NCBI GenBank assembly: GCA_050248735.1
Contig: JBFWRU010000005.1
Coordinates: 39,607 to 103,606 of the forward strand
Origin: Nitrospirales bacterium
Lineage (GTDB): Bacteria > Nitrospirota > Nitrospiria > Nitrospirales > UBA8639
Reading direction: 5' to 3'
Length of the DNA stretch: 64,000 nt
A model generated the notes under the pieces. The model was not told the DNA's origin, searched no databases, and worked only from the letters and a program-made list of their open reading frames with translations. A program made the position numbers and the translations under genes. Every line of letters begins with the position of its first letter. Within the stretch, counting starts at the first letter, position 1. Shown piece after piece: positions 28,840 through 39,805 of the stretch.

Positions 28840-30096
28840 ATGAGCCCCACAACCCCAAAATTTGGAATTCTTGTCGGCGGAGGCCCGGCCCCTGGCATTA
28901 ATAGTGTGATTGAAGCCGCCACAATTCGTAGCCGTCTCAGTGGGACAGACGTGCTTGGTCTTGAAGATGGATTCAAATGGTTAATGCAAGGAGACCTTTC
29001 CCATACCCAATCCTTAACCCGGCAAACCGTCAGTCACATACATTTTCGGGGCGGATCGATTTTGGGAACCGCGCGAGCCAATCCCACCAAACACCTCGAG
29101 GATTTATCAATCACTCTCAAAGCCCTTCAACAATTGAATATTACGGGACTCATCACCATCGGAGGAGATGATACGGCTTTTTCCGCTTTTAAACTGTCTG
29201 AATTAGCCGGAGGACGGATTCAGGTGGTACATGTCCCCAAAACCATCGATAACGATCTTTGCCTTCCTCACGGCATGCCGACCTTCGGGTTTCAAACAGC
29301 CCGCCATATGGGCGTGGGACTCGTTAAAAACCTCATGATCGACGCCCATACGACCTCCCGCTGGTATTTTGTGGTAACGATGGGACGCAAAGCCGGTCAC
29401 TTGGCGCTAGGCATTGGTAAAGCCGCCGGAGCCACAGTCACGCTCATTCCTGAGGAATTTCGGGGAGGACAGCTGAAGTTAGGTCACTTGACTACCATTC
29501 TGGCAGGTTCGATCATCAAACGCCTGGCGCAACATCGCGCGGATGGAGTGGCGGTGTTGGCGGAAGGACTGTCGGAATTACTGGATCAGGAAGATTTGAC
29601 GCTACTTGGCGGCGTTGAACGGGATGAACATGGCCATATCCGATTGGCGGAACTCGATATAGGCAAAGTCCTGAAGGACACCGTCACACAGAAACTCAAG
29701 CATCATGACATCAAGATCACGATTGTGTCGAAAAATATCGGCTACGAACTTCGATGCGCGGACCCCATTCCTTTCGATATGGAATATACGAGAGACCTCG
29801 GATATTGTGCGGCCCAATATCTGTTGGATGGTGGTAAAGAAGCCATGATTTCCATGATCGATGGCCGGTTCACGCCCCTCCCGTTTAAGGACATGTTGGA
29901 TCCGGCAACGGGCCGTACCCGTGTGCGCATGGTCGACACCGATTCGGAATCCTATCAAATTGCACGAGCCTACATGGCCCGGCTGCAATCGGAAGACCTG
30001 AGTAATCCGGAAACCGTCTCTCAGTATGCCAATACTCTCAATCTTTCCCCAGAACAATTTCGGACGGCTTTTCAAGAGATCGCGCACAAAGAGTGA
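28840..30096 (+). CDS. 6-phosphofructokinase, PfkA superfamily, with PPi-dependent-type signature residues
   Basis: 418 aa with GGGPAPGINSVI, TIGGDDTAFSA, VPKTIDNDL and VVTMGRKAGHLAL. Confidence 0.9.
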   Translation: MSPTTPKFGILVGGGPAPGINSVIEAATIRSRLSGTDVLGLEDGFKWLMQGDLSHTQSLTRQTVSHIHFRGGSILGTARANPTKHLEDLSITLKALQQLNITGLITIGGDDTAFSAFKLSELAGGRIQVVHVPKTIDNDLCLPHGMPTFGFQTARHMGVGLVKNLMIDAHTTSRWYFVVTMGRKAGHLALGIGKAAGATVTLIPEEFRGGQLKLGHLTTILAGSIIKRLAQHRADGVAVLAEGLSELLDQEDLTLLGGVERDEHGHIRLAELDIGKVLKDTVTQKLKHHDIKITIVSKNIGYELRCADPIPFDMEYTRDLGYCAAQYLLDGGKEAMISMIDGRFTPLPFKDMLDPATGRTRVRMVDTDSESYQIARAYMARLQSEDLSNPETVSQYANTLNLSPEQFRTAFQEIAHKE

Positions 30097-30411
30097 GATC
30101 TGCTTCCAAGAACCAACGCTTGTGTGTTTATTCGATCGAATTCAGGAAATTCGACTTGCTAGGTAATCGTTCAACCACTCGAAGAGGCTTGACACCTTGG
30201 ATGATGAGGAGGAGTGAAGAGTCATGAAGTCTGAAACATCACACGGAAGACTCCTCGGACTTGTGAATTGATGCAGATTTGAGAGAGGAAGCCACATGGG
30301 AAGGGTTAGTCGGTGCACCCTCGACATTCCTCTATGAGCGACAGGACTGGAGAGACCCTCCCTCCTTCGAACTGCACGCAGCCCATAGAGAAATGTCTCA
30401 GGGTACGAAAC

Positions 30412-30693
30412 TCAGAAGGTCAACGCTTCTTCTGCCCGGTCATAACCAACCTGTTGGCAAGCTTGCTGCGCCAACATGAGTTGCCCCACACTGGCGTCTG
30501 CCGGAATGCGAGCCAGACAAGCCTTTAAGGAATCTTGAACACTACCCGCAGCAATTTGCTTCCGATGTTGGGTTTGTAAGCTCAATGACCCCTCTACCGG
30601 CTCAGCAGCCAGAACTCCCATAGGCATCAGGAGCGGAATCAGCAACAAAGATGCAACGAAAATACTACGATTGATAAAGAGATCATGTTTCAT
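30412..30693 (-). CDS. Small exported hypothetical protein
   Basis: 93 aa, RBS AAAGGAG, signal peptide ending VLAAEP. The family is not recognised. Confidence 0.5.
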   Translation of the reverse strand: MKHDLFINRSIFVASLLLIPLLMPMGVLAAEPVEGSLSLQTQHRKQIAAGSVQDSLKACLARIPADASVGQLMLAQQACQQVGYDRAEEALTF

Positions 30694-30842
30694 GGCATAA
30701 CTCCTTTGTGAATTAATGAATGAAAGATCGAAGCGAAACCTCGCCGGATGCGTCTAATTAAGACCCCGCCTTTGGAAAAGTGACCGACCAGAAACAGGCC
30801 GCCGTTTCCCTGCTGGTGTGTGTTCCTCCCAGCAACGGATTC

Positions 30843-30950
30843 TTAAATATTGCTCCAGGCCGACTTGGGCGGTTTCTCCATAAACGTTGCCCAAATAGCC
30901 GCTCCCCAGAAGAGAAACATTAATCCTAACAGGACTTCAAATGGGTACAT
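30843..30950 (-). CDS. Possible 35-aa single-TM small protein (below the ORF-track cutoff)
   Basis: My translation is MYPFEVLLGLMFLFWGAAIWATFMEKPPKSAWSNI. GAGGTAAGG lies 2 nt upstream of the ATG at 30950. There is no other support. Confidence 0.3.
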   Translation of the reverse strand: MYPFEVLLGLMFLFWGAAIWATFMEKPPKSAWSNI

Positions 30951-31293
30951 GGCCTTACCTCTATTCTTTGACCGTGACGGTCAGGAATGACCTCCTCAAA
31001 AACCTGATCTGATGACCAGCGTTACACTCGTTGTCATCAGCATGACTGCGAGTGTTGAGAAGAGGTTAGGCGTAGAGGACGCAGACAGAGGAATCAGACG
31101 CGCGCAGATAGGATGGAAGGCGCGAGGGATAGGAGTGTCAACGGGAATTCATACGTCATACTTTCAGCCTATACCCCAAACCAAGGGATGTCAAGAAACC
31201 TTATCGAATGGCGTGCGGTCTTTTCCTGGACGCAATCCGCTGAATACCATATTTAGTCAAAGACCCTCGATTCATCGCCCGGGTATCCGGCGT

Positions 31294-31647
31294 TTAACGA
31301 TTCATTTCATGTTTATGCATCGTTTCAGAAGCATCCATGGAAAATCTTCCGTCATCCGACACCATCAATCCGCCATCTTGATCAAGGCGGAAACTCACCG
31401 AGTCCACCAGAACCGTACCCGGCAATTGATACACCATGAATGTCCCTGATGCGATGGCGAGAATTTTCATGCGAAACTCAGGCTTCTTACGGAAGTTCCC
31501 GCTAAATACATCTTTGAGAAAAGAGTACCCCTTCACCTTGGCGATCCCGGATTCATAATCCTGCACCTCACCTACAAAAAATCGCGGGGGGTCTTTCTCA
31601 AATAACCGGCGATGAACAATCAACAGCTTGTCTCCCCGTTCCAACAT
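31294..31647 (-). CDS. Hypothetical protein
   Basis: 117-aa ORF with a clean intergenic context. The family is not recognised. Confidence 0.55.
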   Translation of the reverse strand: MLERGDKLLIVHRRLFEKDPPRFFVGEVQDYESGIAKVKGYSFLKDVFSGNFRKKPEFRMKILAIASGTFMVYQLPGTVLVDSVSFRLDQDGGLMVSDDGRFSMDASETMHKHEMNR

Positions 31648-31721
31648 GCCTATCCTCCTCTCTCTCGTTTAATAACCGTGTCCGCGCGTCATCTTTTCAA
31701 CATGGACCAAAGAATGGAAGA

Positions 31722-32360
31722 TTAGACCCAATGATCAAAGTCTGGATGTGAAATCAATACCCGAAGAACGTCGCTTCTCGTCATGATGCCCAAAAGACGG
31801 CCCGACTTGGACACGATAGGCATGGCCCCGATATGTTCTTCAAACATGACCCGGGTAATGCTACGAATCTCGGTCTCGGGGTTGGCCACCAACACCGGGT
31901 GACTCATAAAATGAAAAATGGCTGTGCGTGCAGGGTCGAGTGAAGCAGACAACTGGTATAGGGTCGGATCGGCCACACCTCGCCAGACATCACGATCTGA
32001 CACGATTCCCAGAACTTGGCCCTGGTCATCGGTAATCGGGACATGCCGGAATCGATGTTGCTGAAAGAGGTTTTGAGCTTGAAGAACGGTAGCTTCGGCA
32101 GTCAAACTGACAGCCGGCGACGACATGACATCCTCTGCCAGAATGACGGAGCGCCCGGCTTGCTTCATCGTGTGTATAGCCTCATAAGCCCGAATGAAAG
32201 CGGAGCTGCCAGGATGAGAGTGATCGGATTCTGACTGCCGGGATTCCGGATCTATACGATCGACGGGGAGAACCTTCTGAACCGGATCAACCTTTCGGGA
32301 ACGAAACCGGCCAGGCACATACGGGGACTGTAACCCTCCCGACTCGACGACGACAAACAT
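31722..32360 (-). CDS. CBS-pair domain protein with an N-terminal extension
   Basis: 212 aa with two CBS repeats (FRHVPITDDQGQVLGIVSDRDV; IGAMPIVSKSGRLLGIMTRSDV). Confidence 0.8.
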   Translation of the reverse strand: MFVVVESGGLQSPYVPGRFRSRKVDPVQKVLPVDRIDPESRQSESDHSHPGSSAFIRAYEAIHTMKQAGRSVILAEDVMSSPAVSLTAEATVLQAQNLFQQHRFRHVPITDDQGQVLGIVSDRDVWRGVADPTLYQLSASLDPARTAIFHFMSHPVLVANPETEIRSITRVMFEEHIGAMPIVSKSGRLLGIMTRSDVLRVLISHPDFDHWV

Positions 32361-32414
32361 ATCAGTCTCCTACTGATCCTCCATTAAGATATCTAAGATA
32401 TCAATTCCCTCGTT

Positions 32415-33737
32415 TCACTTTTCTTTTTCCGCCGATGGGCAGGGAAGAGGCAAAGTCATCCCTTCCGGAAGACGGGTTCGGGAATCCAAACAAGCCCCAT
32501 TGAGTTGTTCCTGAGTGATTCCGTGGGCATATCGAAGCGCCACCCCCTGCAAGCGGCTTTTGTTCAAAGAGGCACCCTCCAGATTCGTCCCCCGCAAATC
32601 CACACCATACAATCCGGCTCCATCCAGCACGGCTTCCTGGAGATTCGCACGGAACAATATCGTATATTCCAAATTTCCTCCTGAAAGATCGGCTTCCACC
32701 AGATTGGTCCAGGACAAATCCGCAGCTTCCAAATTGGCGTCACGCAGGTTGGCTTTGGCTAAATAGGCCTCGTCCATTTCTGCCCGGGAAAGATTGGCCT
32801 GTTGGAAATTCACCCCTAAGAGATCCGCATCCTGAAAATTGGCTCCGGCACAATTAGCGTGATGCAAGTTCGCCTGATACAGCACCGCCCGCACGAGGGT
32901 GGCTTCTCGAAGAGTCGCCCCCTCAAGATTCACCTCAACCAAATTGGCCTCTCCCAAGTCGGCCCCGGACAAGTCTCCGCCGGAAACATCCGCCTCTTGA
33001 AAATTACTATGGCTGAGATCCGCCTCCGTCAATTTGGCGTTCCGTAACAAGGCCCGATACAAATTGGCTTGCCGTAAATCGGCTCGAACCAGATAGGCCT
33101 CTTCCAGGTTAGCCATTTCCAGATCAGCCCGGACCAAATAGGCCCCTTCCAGGTCGGCCCCGCGCAAGACACCCATCCGAACCTGCGTTTCTCCCAAATT
33201 AGCTTCCCGCAGATCCGCTCCGGCAAAATTCGCCTGACCTAAATCAGCTTTTCGCAAATTTGCCATTCGAAGATTGGCTCCGGTTGCCTGCCCGCCCCGC
33301 ATATTCGTGGAATACAGAGAAGCCTCCATGAGATTCGCTTTACGAAAATTGACATGGATCAAGATTGCCCCGGTAAAGTCGGCGTGTGAGAGGTTCGCTT
33401 CTTGAAAATTTAAGCCGCTTAAATTCTGTTCGCGAAAATCCGTTCCGGCCAAATCTGCGCCGCAGAGATTCGCCGGTTTTCCAATCTGATGGTGAGGGGA
33501 TTGAAGCCACAGGGCATGCTCCGCTAGAACACTCTTTAGCTCTTCAGGGGAAACCTGACGGCCTTGAAATTCTCCCGCACAAACGACAGAGTCCTCCCGG
33601 GAAGAGCCATCACCATTCAAATGATCCCCGTAAGCCGTAGTCGTCAACAAAACAGTGGCCAAGATTCCACCCCATATCGCATTTCGCCCTGATGCGTTAT
33701 GAAATCGCCAAGACAAACTCCCATTACTCTGTTTCAC
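32415..33737 (-). CDS. Exported pentapeptide-repeat protein
   Basis: 440 aa with a signal peptide (AIWGGILATVLLTTTAYG). A long uninterrupted run of A(D/N)LxX pentapeptides follows (ANLRKADLGQANFAGADLREANL...). Confidence 0.85.
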   Translation of the reverse strand: MKQSNGSLSWRFHNASGRNAIWGGILATVLLTTTAYGDHLNGDGSSREDSVVCAGEFQGRQVSPEELKSVLAEHALWLQSPHHQIGKPANLCGADLAGTDFREQNLSGLNFQEANLSHADFTGAILIHVNFRKANLMEASLYSTNMRGGQATGANLRMANLRKADLGQANFAGADLREANLGETQVRMGVLRGADLEGAYLVRADLEMANLEEAYLVRADLRQANLYRALLRNAKLTEADLSHSNFQEADVSGGDLSGADLGEANLVEVNLEGATLREATLVRAVLYQANLHHANCAGANFQDADLLGVNFQQANLSRAEMDEAYLAKANLRDANLEAADLSWTNLVEADLSGGNLEYTILFRANLQEAVLDGAGLYGVDLRGTNLEGASLNKSRLQGVALRYAHGITQEQLNGACLDSRTRLPEGMTLPLPCPSAEKEK

Positions 33738-33808
33738 GTTGACGATACCTCACTTTCTTAAAAGAAGCCCCAATGCGGCATGAGGGAATAACCCGATTGA
33801 ATTCCCCC

Positions 33809-34717
33809 TTAGGAATGTCTAACCACAAGAATCGAAAGCGGGGAATAGGTACTCACCCATTCGGATACACTGCCCATGGTAAAGCGTTCGACCCCTGAAA
33901 GCCCCTTCGACCCCAGACAAACGAGTCCTGCCTGTTGGTGCTCGGCTGCTTGAAGAATCTGATCGGGTGGATGCCCTTCCAGCAATGCCGTCGTCACCCG
34001 AAAGCCGACTTTTAAAAATTTCTCGCGATATTCTTTCAGAAGGTCCTGCGCACTCCGGCGTATGGGTTTCATCAGCGCCATCAGCTGCCGTTTCCCCAAA
34101 AGCTGCGAAGCCAGGTCCGTCAATCGGTCCGGAACAACTGAGACCAGGCACAGGGAAACCTCATCGGGATTCAACCAGGCTTGCACTATTCTCGCCGCAT
34201 ACGTTGAAGATTTGGATCCATCCAGGGCTATCATCACGGGAAAAGGAACGGACACGGGACCTTTCACCATAAATACCGAGCAGAGCGCGTGTGTCACCAA
34301 TTTCCGTGATACGCTCCCCAACAAATATCCGGGAACATCGCTGATCCCGCGGGAGCCCATAGTCAGACAATCCACCCCGGTCTTTTCGCTCCATTGAAGA
34401 ATCGTATCAGAAACATGGCCTTTCACAAGCATGAGCTTGATGACCGGCAAGGACCCCGTTCTTCCCTGGCCCAAGATTGTAGTCAGTCGTTCCGCACATC
34501 CGTGTAAAAGTTTTTTTCCTTGTTCTTGAATTTTTCTGGAAACTCCCGAGAGAACCTTGGTTTCCGACGCGGTCGGCTTTCTCCCCCGATGCACCACATG
34601 TGAATCCACCACATGCAATAAGATGATTTCTTTCACGCTGGATCTGAATAAGGAACCCATGCCTTGAATTGCCAAATGGGATACATCGGAATCATCAACA
34701 GCACATAGAATTTTCAT
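33809..34717 (-). CDS. Tandem universal stress protein (two UspA domains)
   Basis: 302 aa with MKILCAVDDSDVS, GSRGISDVPGYLLGSVSRKLVTHALCSVFMV, and a second domain GSKGLSGVERFTMGSVSEWV. Confidence 0.85.
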   Translation of the reverse strand: MKILCAVDDSDVSHLAIQGMGSLFRSSVKEIILLHVVDSHVVHRGRKPTASETKVLSGVSRKIQEQGKKLLHGCAERLTTILGQGRTGSLPVIKLMLVKGHVSDTILQWSEKTGVDCLTMGSRGISDVPGYLLGSVSRKLVTHALCSVFMVKGPVSVPFPVMIALDGSKSSTYAARIVQAWLNPDEVSLCLVSVVPDRLTDLASQLLGKRQLMALMKPIRRSAQDLLKEYREKFLKVGFRVTTALLEGHPPDQILQAAEHQQAGLVCLGSKGLSGVERFTMGSVSEWVSTYSPLSILVVRHS

Positions 34718-34784
34718 ACCGGGTCCATTCCTGTTTTTGCCGAAACAATCCTGACATCCTCATCTGCCTTACGCAGATTCTCTA

Positions 34785-34800
34785 CGCACGAAGCCTGCCA
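34785..34800 (-). promoter_or_regulatory. Possible sigma-54 promoter (weaker -12)
   Basis: The minus strand reads TGGCAGGCTTCGTGCG with correct GG-N10-GC spacing. It lies 67 nt upstream of the Usp ATG at 34717. Confidence 0.3.
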
Positions 34801-35055
34801 AATCATGACAGAAACATGTTCCCCGTTTTTCCCAATCAATTAAGTATTTACCTGTTTTCTCGGTCAATCGACTGCACCGCAGGCTTGTCCCTTTTTGGGT
34901 CAGAGCCGACTCAGGTAACTGTAGCGTTTTTCCTCGAAAAACTATTCCCAGATAAACGATGAAATTTCAGCGGTTTCCTGCTCAAGGTTTGCTCAGACTT
35001 CTTGTACGCCTTATCGGGCACTTAACGGAAATCACCACGACATCCATTATTTTTT

Positions 35056-35071
35056 TGGCATTTCCTTTGCT
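35056..35071 (+). promoter_or_regulatory. Sigma-54 (-24/-12) promoter
   Basis: TGGCATTTCCTTTGCT lies 37 nt upstream of the ATG at 35109 and inside the over-extended ORF-track frame that starts at 34959. Confidence 0.75.
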
Positions 35072-35108
35072 GCTTCTCCCTTCAGGTCCCAATAAACGGT
35101 TTCTCGGA

Positions 35109-35675
35109 ATGAGCGAGCGACTTTTTCAACGCATTTTACTTCCCGTCGATTTTGCACCCTGTTCCAGGGAAGCCTTTCTGATGGGCCTCCGACTCGCACG
35201 ACAATTTCAATCCCAGGTTATTATTCTTCATGTGATTGACACCAAATCCCTGGATGCGTTGAATGCGCTGGGTCTCGCACTTCCCAGCGAAGAAAAAATC
35301 CAAAAAAAACGGCTCAACCATCAGGCCCGCCTGTTAGCGAGAGGTCTGCTGTCATTACCTGAAGCTAGGGGATTAAAGATGACCCGGATTCTGCGTGAAG
35401 GCAAACCGTTCGTGGAAATTGTCCGAACCGTCCGGGAGGAAAAAATCGACCTCGTGGTCATGGGAAGTTATGGAAGTCAGACGGGAGATATCAGTCATCT
35501 GTTCTTTGGCAGTACGGCTGAAAAAATTGTGCGAACGGTCACGTGTCCGGTGTTATGCATCCCCTATCCGTATCATAAATTACCGGTATTTTCGGATGTG
35601 AACCCAGTTCCTCCATCCACCAAATCAAAACCAAAGGTGAAGCGTCGCACGCGATCATCCGTTTCAGATGCATGA
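35109..35675 (+). CDS. Universal stress protein (single UspA domain with a basic C-terminal tail)
   Basis: MSERLFQRILLPVDFAP...GSYGSQTGDISHLFFGSTAEKIVRTVTCPVLCI. The start is chosen downstream of the sigma-54 promoter. Confidence 0.8.
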   Translation: MSERLFQRILLPVDFAPCSREAFLMGLRLARQFQSQVIILHVIDTKSLDALNALGLALPSEEKIQKKRLNHQARLLARGLLSLPEARGLKMTRILREGKPFVEIVRTVREEKIDLVVMGSYGSQTGDISHLFFGSTAEKIVRTVTCPVLCIPYPYHKLPVFSDVNPVPPSTKSKPKVKRRTRSSVSDA

Positions 35676-35892
35676 ACTTCACACCCGGCGATTGAGCATT
35701 CCGTGGCTGCTCGGGACCAGGCAATTAGAGCCGATGGACTTGGACACAAAGGATGAGGCCTCCATCCACCCGTTCAAGCCCAGACCATTGGAGTGATTGA
35801 TCACCGCGATTCCTTCAAGACAAGGCATCTAAACCCGGGAGGGTGTCAGTGCCCCAAACGAGCGCAGTTTCGAGTCTTTACCTATAAAGGAA

Positions 35893-37065
35893 ATGGACGA
35901 AATCCCGCAAATACTGATTACGCTAGGCGCTCTATTCCTGTTAGGACTCTTCACCGAGCTGCTGGGACGCCACACGTTCTTACCACGAGTGACATTACTT
36001 CTTGCGGCCGGCTTTGCGATCGGGCCATCGGGGCTTAATGTATTGCCGGACTTCGGGGAGGACTGGTTTCCGATTGTCACCACAATCGCCTTATCCATGA
36101 TGGGGTTTTTGGTCGGTCACCATATGACGCTTCCTTCTCTCAGAAAAAGGGGAAAACCGGTTCTCTGGATCTCTATCGGGGAAGTCCTGGGAGCGGCAGT
36201 CGCCATGTTCCTTGGCCTCATCCTGCTGGGCTTCCCTCCCGCAGTTTCGCTTCTTCTTGCAGGGATTGCTCCTGCCAGTGACCCTGTGGCCATCATCGAT
36301 GTCATCCGCGAAATAAAAGACAATGGAGAATTTTCCAAAACCCTGGAAAGCGTCGTGGGCATCGATGATGCCTGGGGTCTGATGATCTTCAGTTTTTTAT
36401 TGGCTATCGCACAGACGTTTTATGGTGAGGGGAATCGATGGGACATTGTTCTCGTAGGCATCTGGGAAATCGGGGGAGCCCTACTGCTGGGGCTCCTGCT
36501 GGGTATCCCCATGGCCTATTTAACGGGTCGACTGCAACCGGGGGAACCCACGCAAATTGAAGCACTGGGCATTGTCCTCTTTTGCGGAGGAATGGCCGTG
36601 TGGCTCCATGTCTCATGTATTTTAGCGGGTATGGCGCTGGGCGCCACCGTGGCCAATCTGGCTACCCATCACAGACGTCCGTTTACGGCTATCGAGGGCA
36701 TCGAATGGCCTTTTATGATTCTCTTTTTTATTTTGGCGGGAGCCGTGCTTGAATTAGAATCCTTGCGAGCAGTCAGTTGGCTGGGACTCGCCTACATTCT
36801 TTTGCGCCTGATTGGTCTCGTGGGAGGAGCCTGGGTGGGTGGGATCCTCAGTGAGGTGCCGCTGGTCTGGCAAAGATGGATGGGGATGGCGCTCTGGCCT
36901 CAGGCGGGAGTCGCCTTAGGGATGGCGCTTCTTGCCGGCCAACATCTTCCCGAACTCAAAGAAGTGATTCTTCCGGTGGCCATTGGCTCCACAATCATCT
37001 TCGAACTTATTGGGCCGGTCATGACCCGAATAGCCCTTCTCAAGGTCGGTAAAAGTCAGGCATAG
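35893..37065 (+). CDS. Cation:proton antiporter (CPA/Na+-H+ exchanger family)
   Basis: 390 aa with about 11-12 TM helices. ASDPVAIIDV and IDDAWGLMIF motifs are typical of the Na_H_Exchanger family. Confidence 0.8.
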   Translation: MDEIPQILITLGALFLLGLFTELLGRHTFLPRVTLLLAAGFAIGPSGLNVLPDFGEDWFPIVTTIALSMMGFLVGHHMTLPSLRKRGKPVLWISIGEVLGAAVAMFLGLILLGFPPAVSLLLAGIAPASDPVAIIDVIREIKDNGEFSKTLESVVGIDDAWGLMIFSFLLAIAQTFYGEGNRWDIVLVGIWEIGGALLLGLLLGIPMAYLTGRLQPGEPTQIEALGIVLFCGGMAVWLHVSCILAGMALGATVANLATHHRRPFTAIEGIEWPFMILFFILAGAVLELESLRAVSWLGLAYILLRLIGLVGGAWVGGILSEVPLVWQRWMGMALWPQAGVALGMALLAGQHLPELKEVILPVAIGSTIIFELIGPVMTRIALLKVGKSQA

Positions 37066-37163
37066 ATACGGAACCACAACTGAGGTGCTCGCAACAAATA
37101 GCCTCATGGCCTTTTTATCAAAACCCGGATTCTTTATATTTGAGATACTGTCCATCTTGCTAA

Positions 37164-38726
<1,563 letters not shown>

Positions 38727-38762
38727 GGAATCCACCGTGGAAACCGAAACCGGAGGCCGAAC

Positions 38763-39167
38763 ATGCAGCCGAAGTTCATGACCTTGAAAATTCTTCTGCC
38801 CTTCCGGGTTTTTTCCGAGCAGAAAGCGGTGACGCGTCTCATCGCGGAGACCCCCCAGGGCGCATTCGGGCTCTTACCACAACGGCTCGACTGCGTGGCG
38901 GCCCTGGAGCCTGGAATTCTGACCTATGAAACCGATGGGGAGGAAGAGCAGTACGTCGCTCTTGATGAAGGGATACTGGTCAAATGCGGTCCGGACGTCC
39001 TGGTTTCCGTGCGGAACGCGATTGCCGGAACCGACCTCCGTCAATTACGCAAGGCGGTGGAACGTGAATTTCTCAACCTGGACGAAGAGGAGCAAAGTCT
39101 CCGCTCGGTGATGGCCAAGTTGGAAACCAGCTTTGTGCGTCGCTTCGCGGATGTTCGCCATGTCTGA
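38763..39167 (+). CDS. atpC: N-type F-ATPase epsilon subunit
   Basis: 134 aa with an N-terminal beta-sandwich (LKILLPFRVF...GAFGLLPQRLDCVAAL) and a helical C-terminus. The position follows atpD. Confidence 0.8.
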   Translation: MQPKFMTLKILLPFRVFSEQKAVTRLIAETPQGAFGLLPQRLDCVAALEPGILTYETDGEEEQYVALDEGILVKCGPDVLVSVRNAIAGTDLRQLRKAVEREFLNLDEEEQSLRSVMAKLETSFVRRFADVRHV

Positions 39168-39498
39168 CGAACCGTCGGAGAAGCCCGTCAGGGAAGAGAC
39201 CGCCCTGGGCCGGCAGGTCGGGACAAAAGCGGCGCGCAAGATGAAGGCACAACGCCACACGACCCGGACCATCTGGTTCGGGTTGGGCATGATGGGGTTA
39301 ATCGGCTGGTCGGTGGCCATTCCGACACTGCTTGGCGCCATACTCGGTCTCTGGCTGGACCAACACTATCCCGGACCACATTCATGGACGCTCACACTGC
39401 TCTTCATCGGCCTGATCATCGGCTGTGTGAATGCGTGGCATTGGGTGACCAAGGAAGACAAGGAAATACGAGCGGAACAGGAGAATCACGATGAATGA
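39160..39498 (+). CDS. atpQ: N-ATPase accessory membrane protein AtpQ (AtpZ/AtpI-like)
   Basis: The ATG at 39160 overlaps the atpC stop by 8 nt. It has two TM helices (IWFGLGMMGLIGWSVAIP; LTLLFIGLIIGCVNAWHW). Confidence 0.75.
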   Translation: MSDEPSEKPVREETALGRQVGTKAARKMKAQRHTTRTIWFGLGMMGLIGWSVAIPTLLGAILGLWLDQHYPGPHSWTLTLLFIGLIIGCVNAWHWVTKEDKEIRAEQENHDE

Positions 39499-39805
39499 AA
39501 TGTTGAGTCTGGTCCCGGCGCTGATTGCAGGCATATTGCTCGGAGCAATGTTTTTCGGGGGCCTGTGGTGGACGGTTCGGAAAGGCATGTCATCCGCACG
39601 ACCGGCCCGTTGGTTCTTCGGCAGCCTGCTATTTCGAACGAGCCTCACCCTCGCTGGTTTCTATGTGGTCTCGGACGGCCATTGGGAAAGGCTGCTGATG
39701 TGCCTTGTTGGATTTACCATGGCCCGTCCGATCGTCACGCGACTCACCGGCTCAGACGAAAAAAAACCGCCCCGACTGACACAGGAGGCCGGCCATGCGC
39801 CTTAG
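39491..39805 (+). CDS. atpR: N-ATPase accessory membrane protein AtpR
   Basis: 104 aa with the GGLWWTVRKG motif and an intramembrane Arg, characteristic of AtpR. It overlaps atpQ by 8 nt. Confidence 0.8.
   Translation: MNEMLSLVPALIAGILLGAMFFGGLWWTVRKGMSSARPARWFFGSLLFRTSLTLAGFYVVSDGHWERLLMCLVGFTMARPIVTRLTGSDEKKPPRLTQEAGHAP

Noticed and set aside
31012-31449. 145-aa plus-strand ORF
   Set aside because: It overlaps the minus-strand gene at 31294..31647, has no RBS, and is Arg/His/Ser-rich. The region is better explained as non-coding plus the opposite-strand gene.
34959-35108. Upstream extensions of the ORF-track frames for the usp gene (34959) and, likewise, for the membrane protein (24277..24405)
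   Set aside because: Strong sigma-54 promoters lie inside these extensions. The downstream ATGs give canonical Usp N-termini or have proper RBSs.
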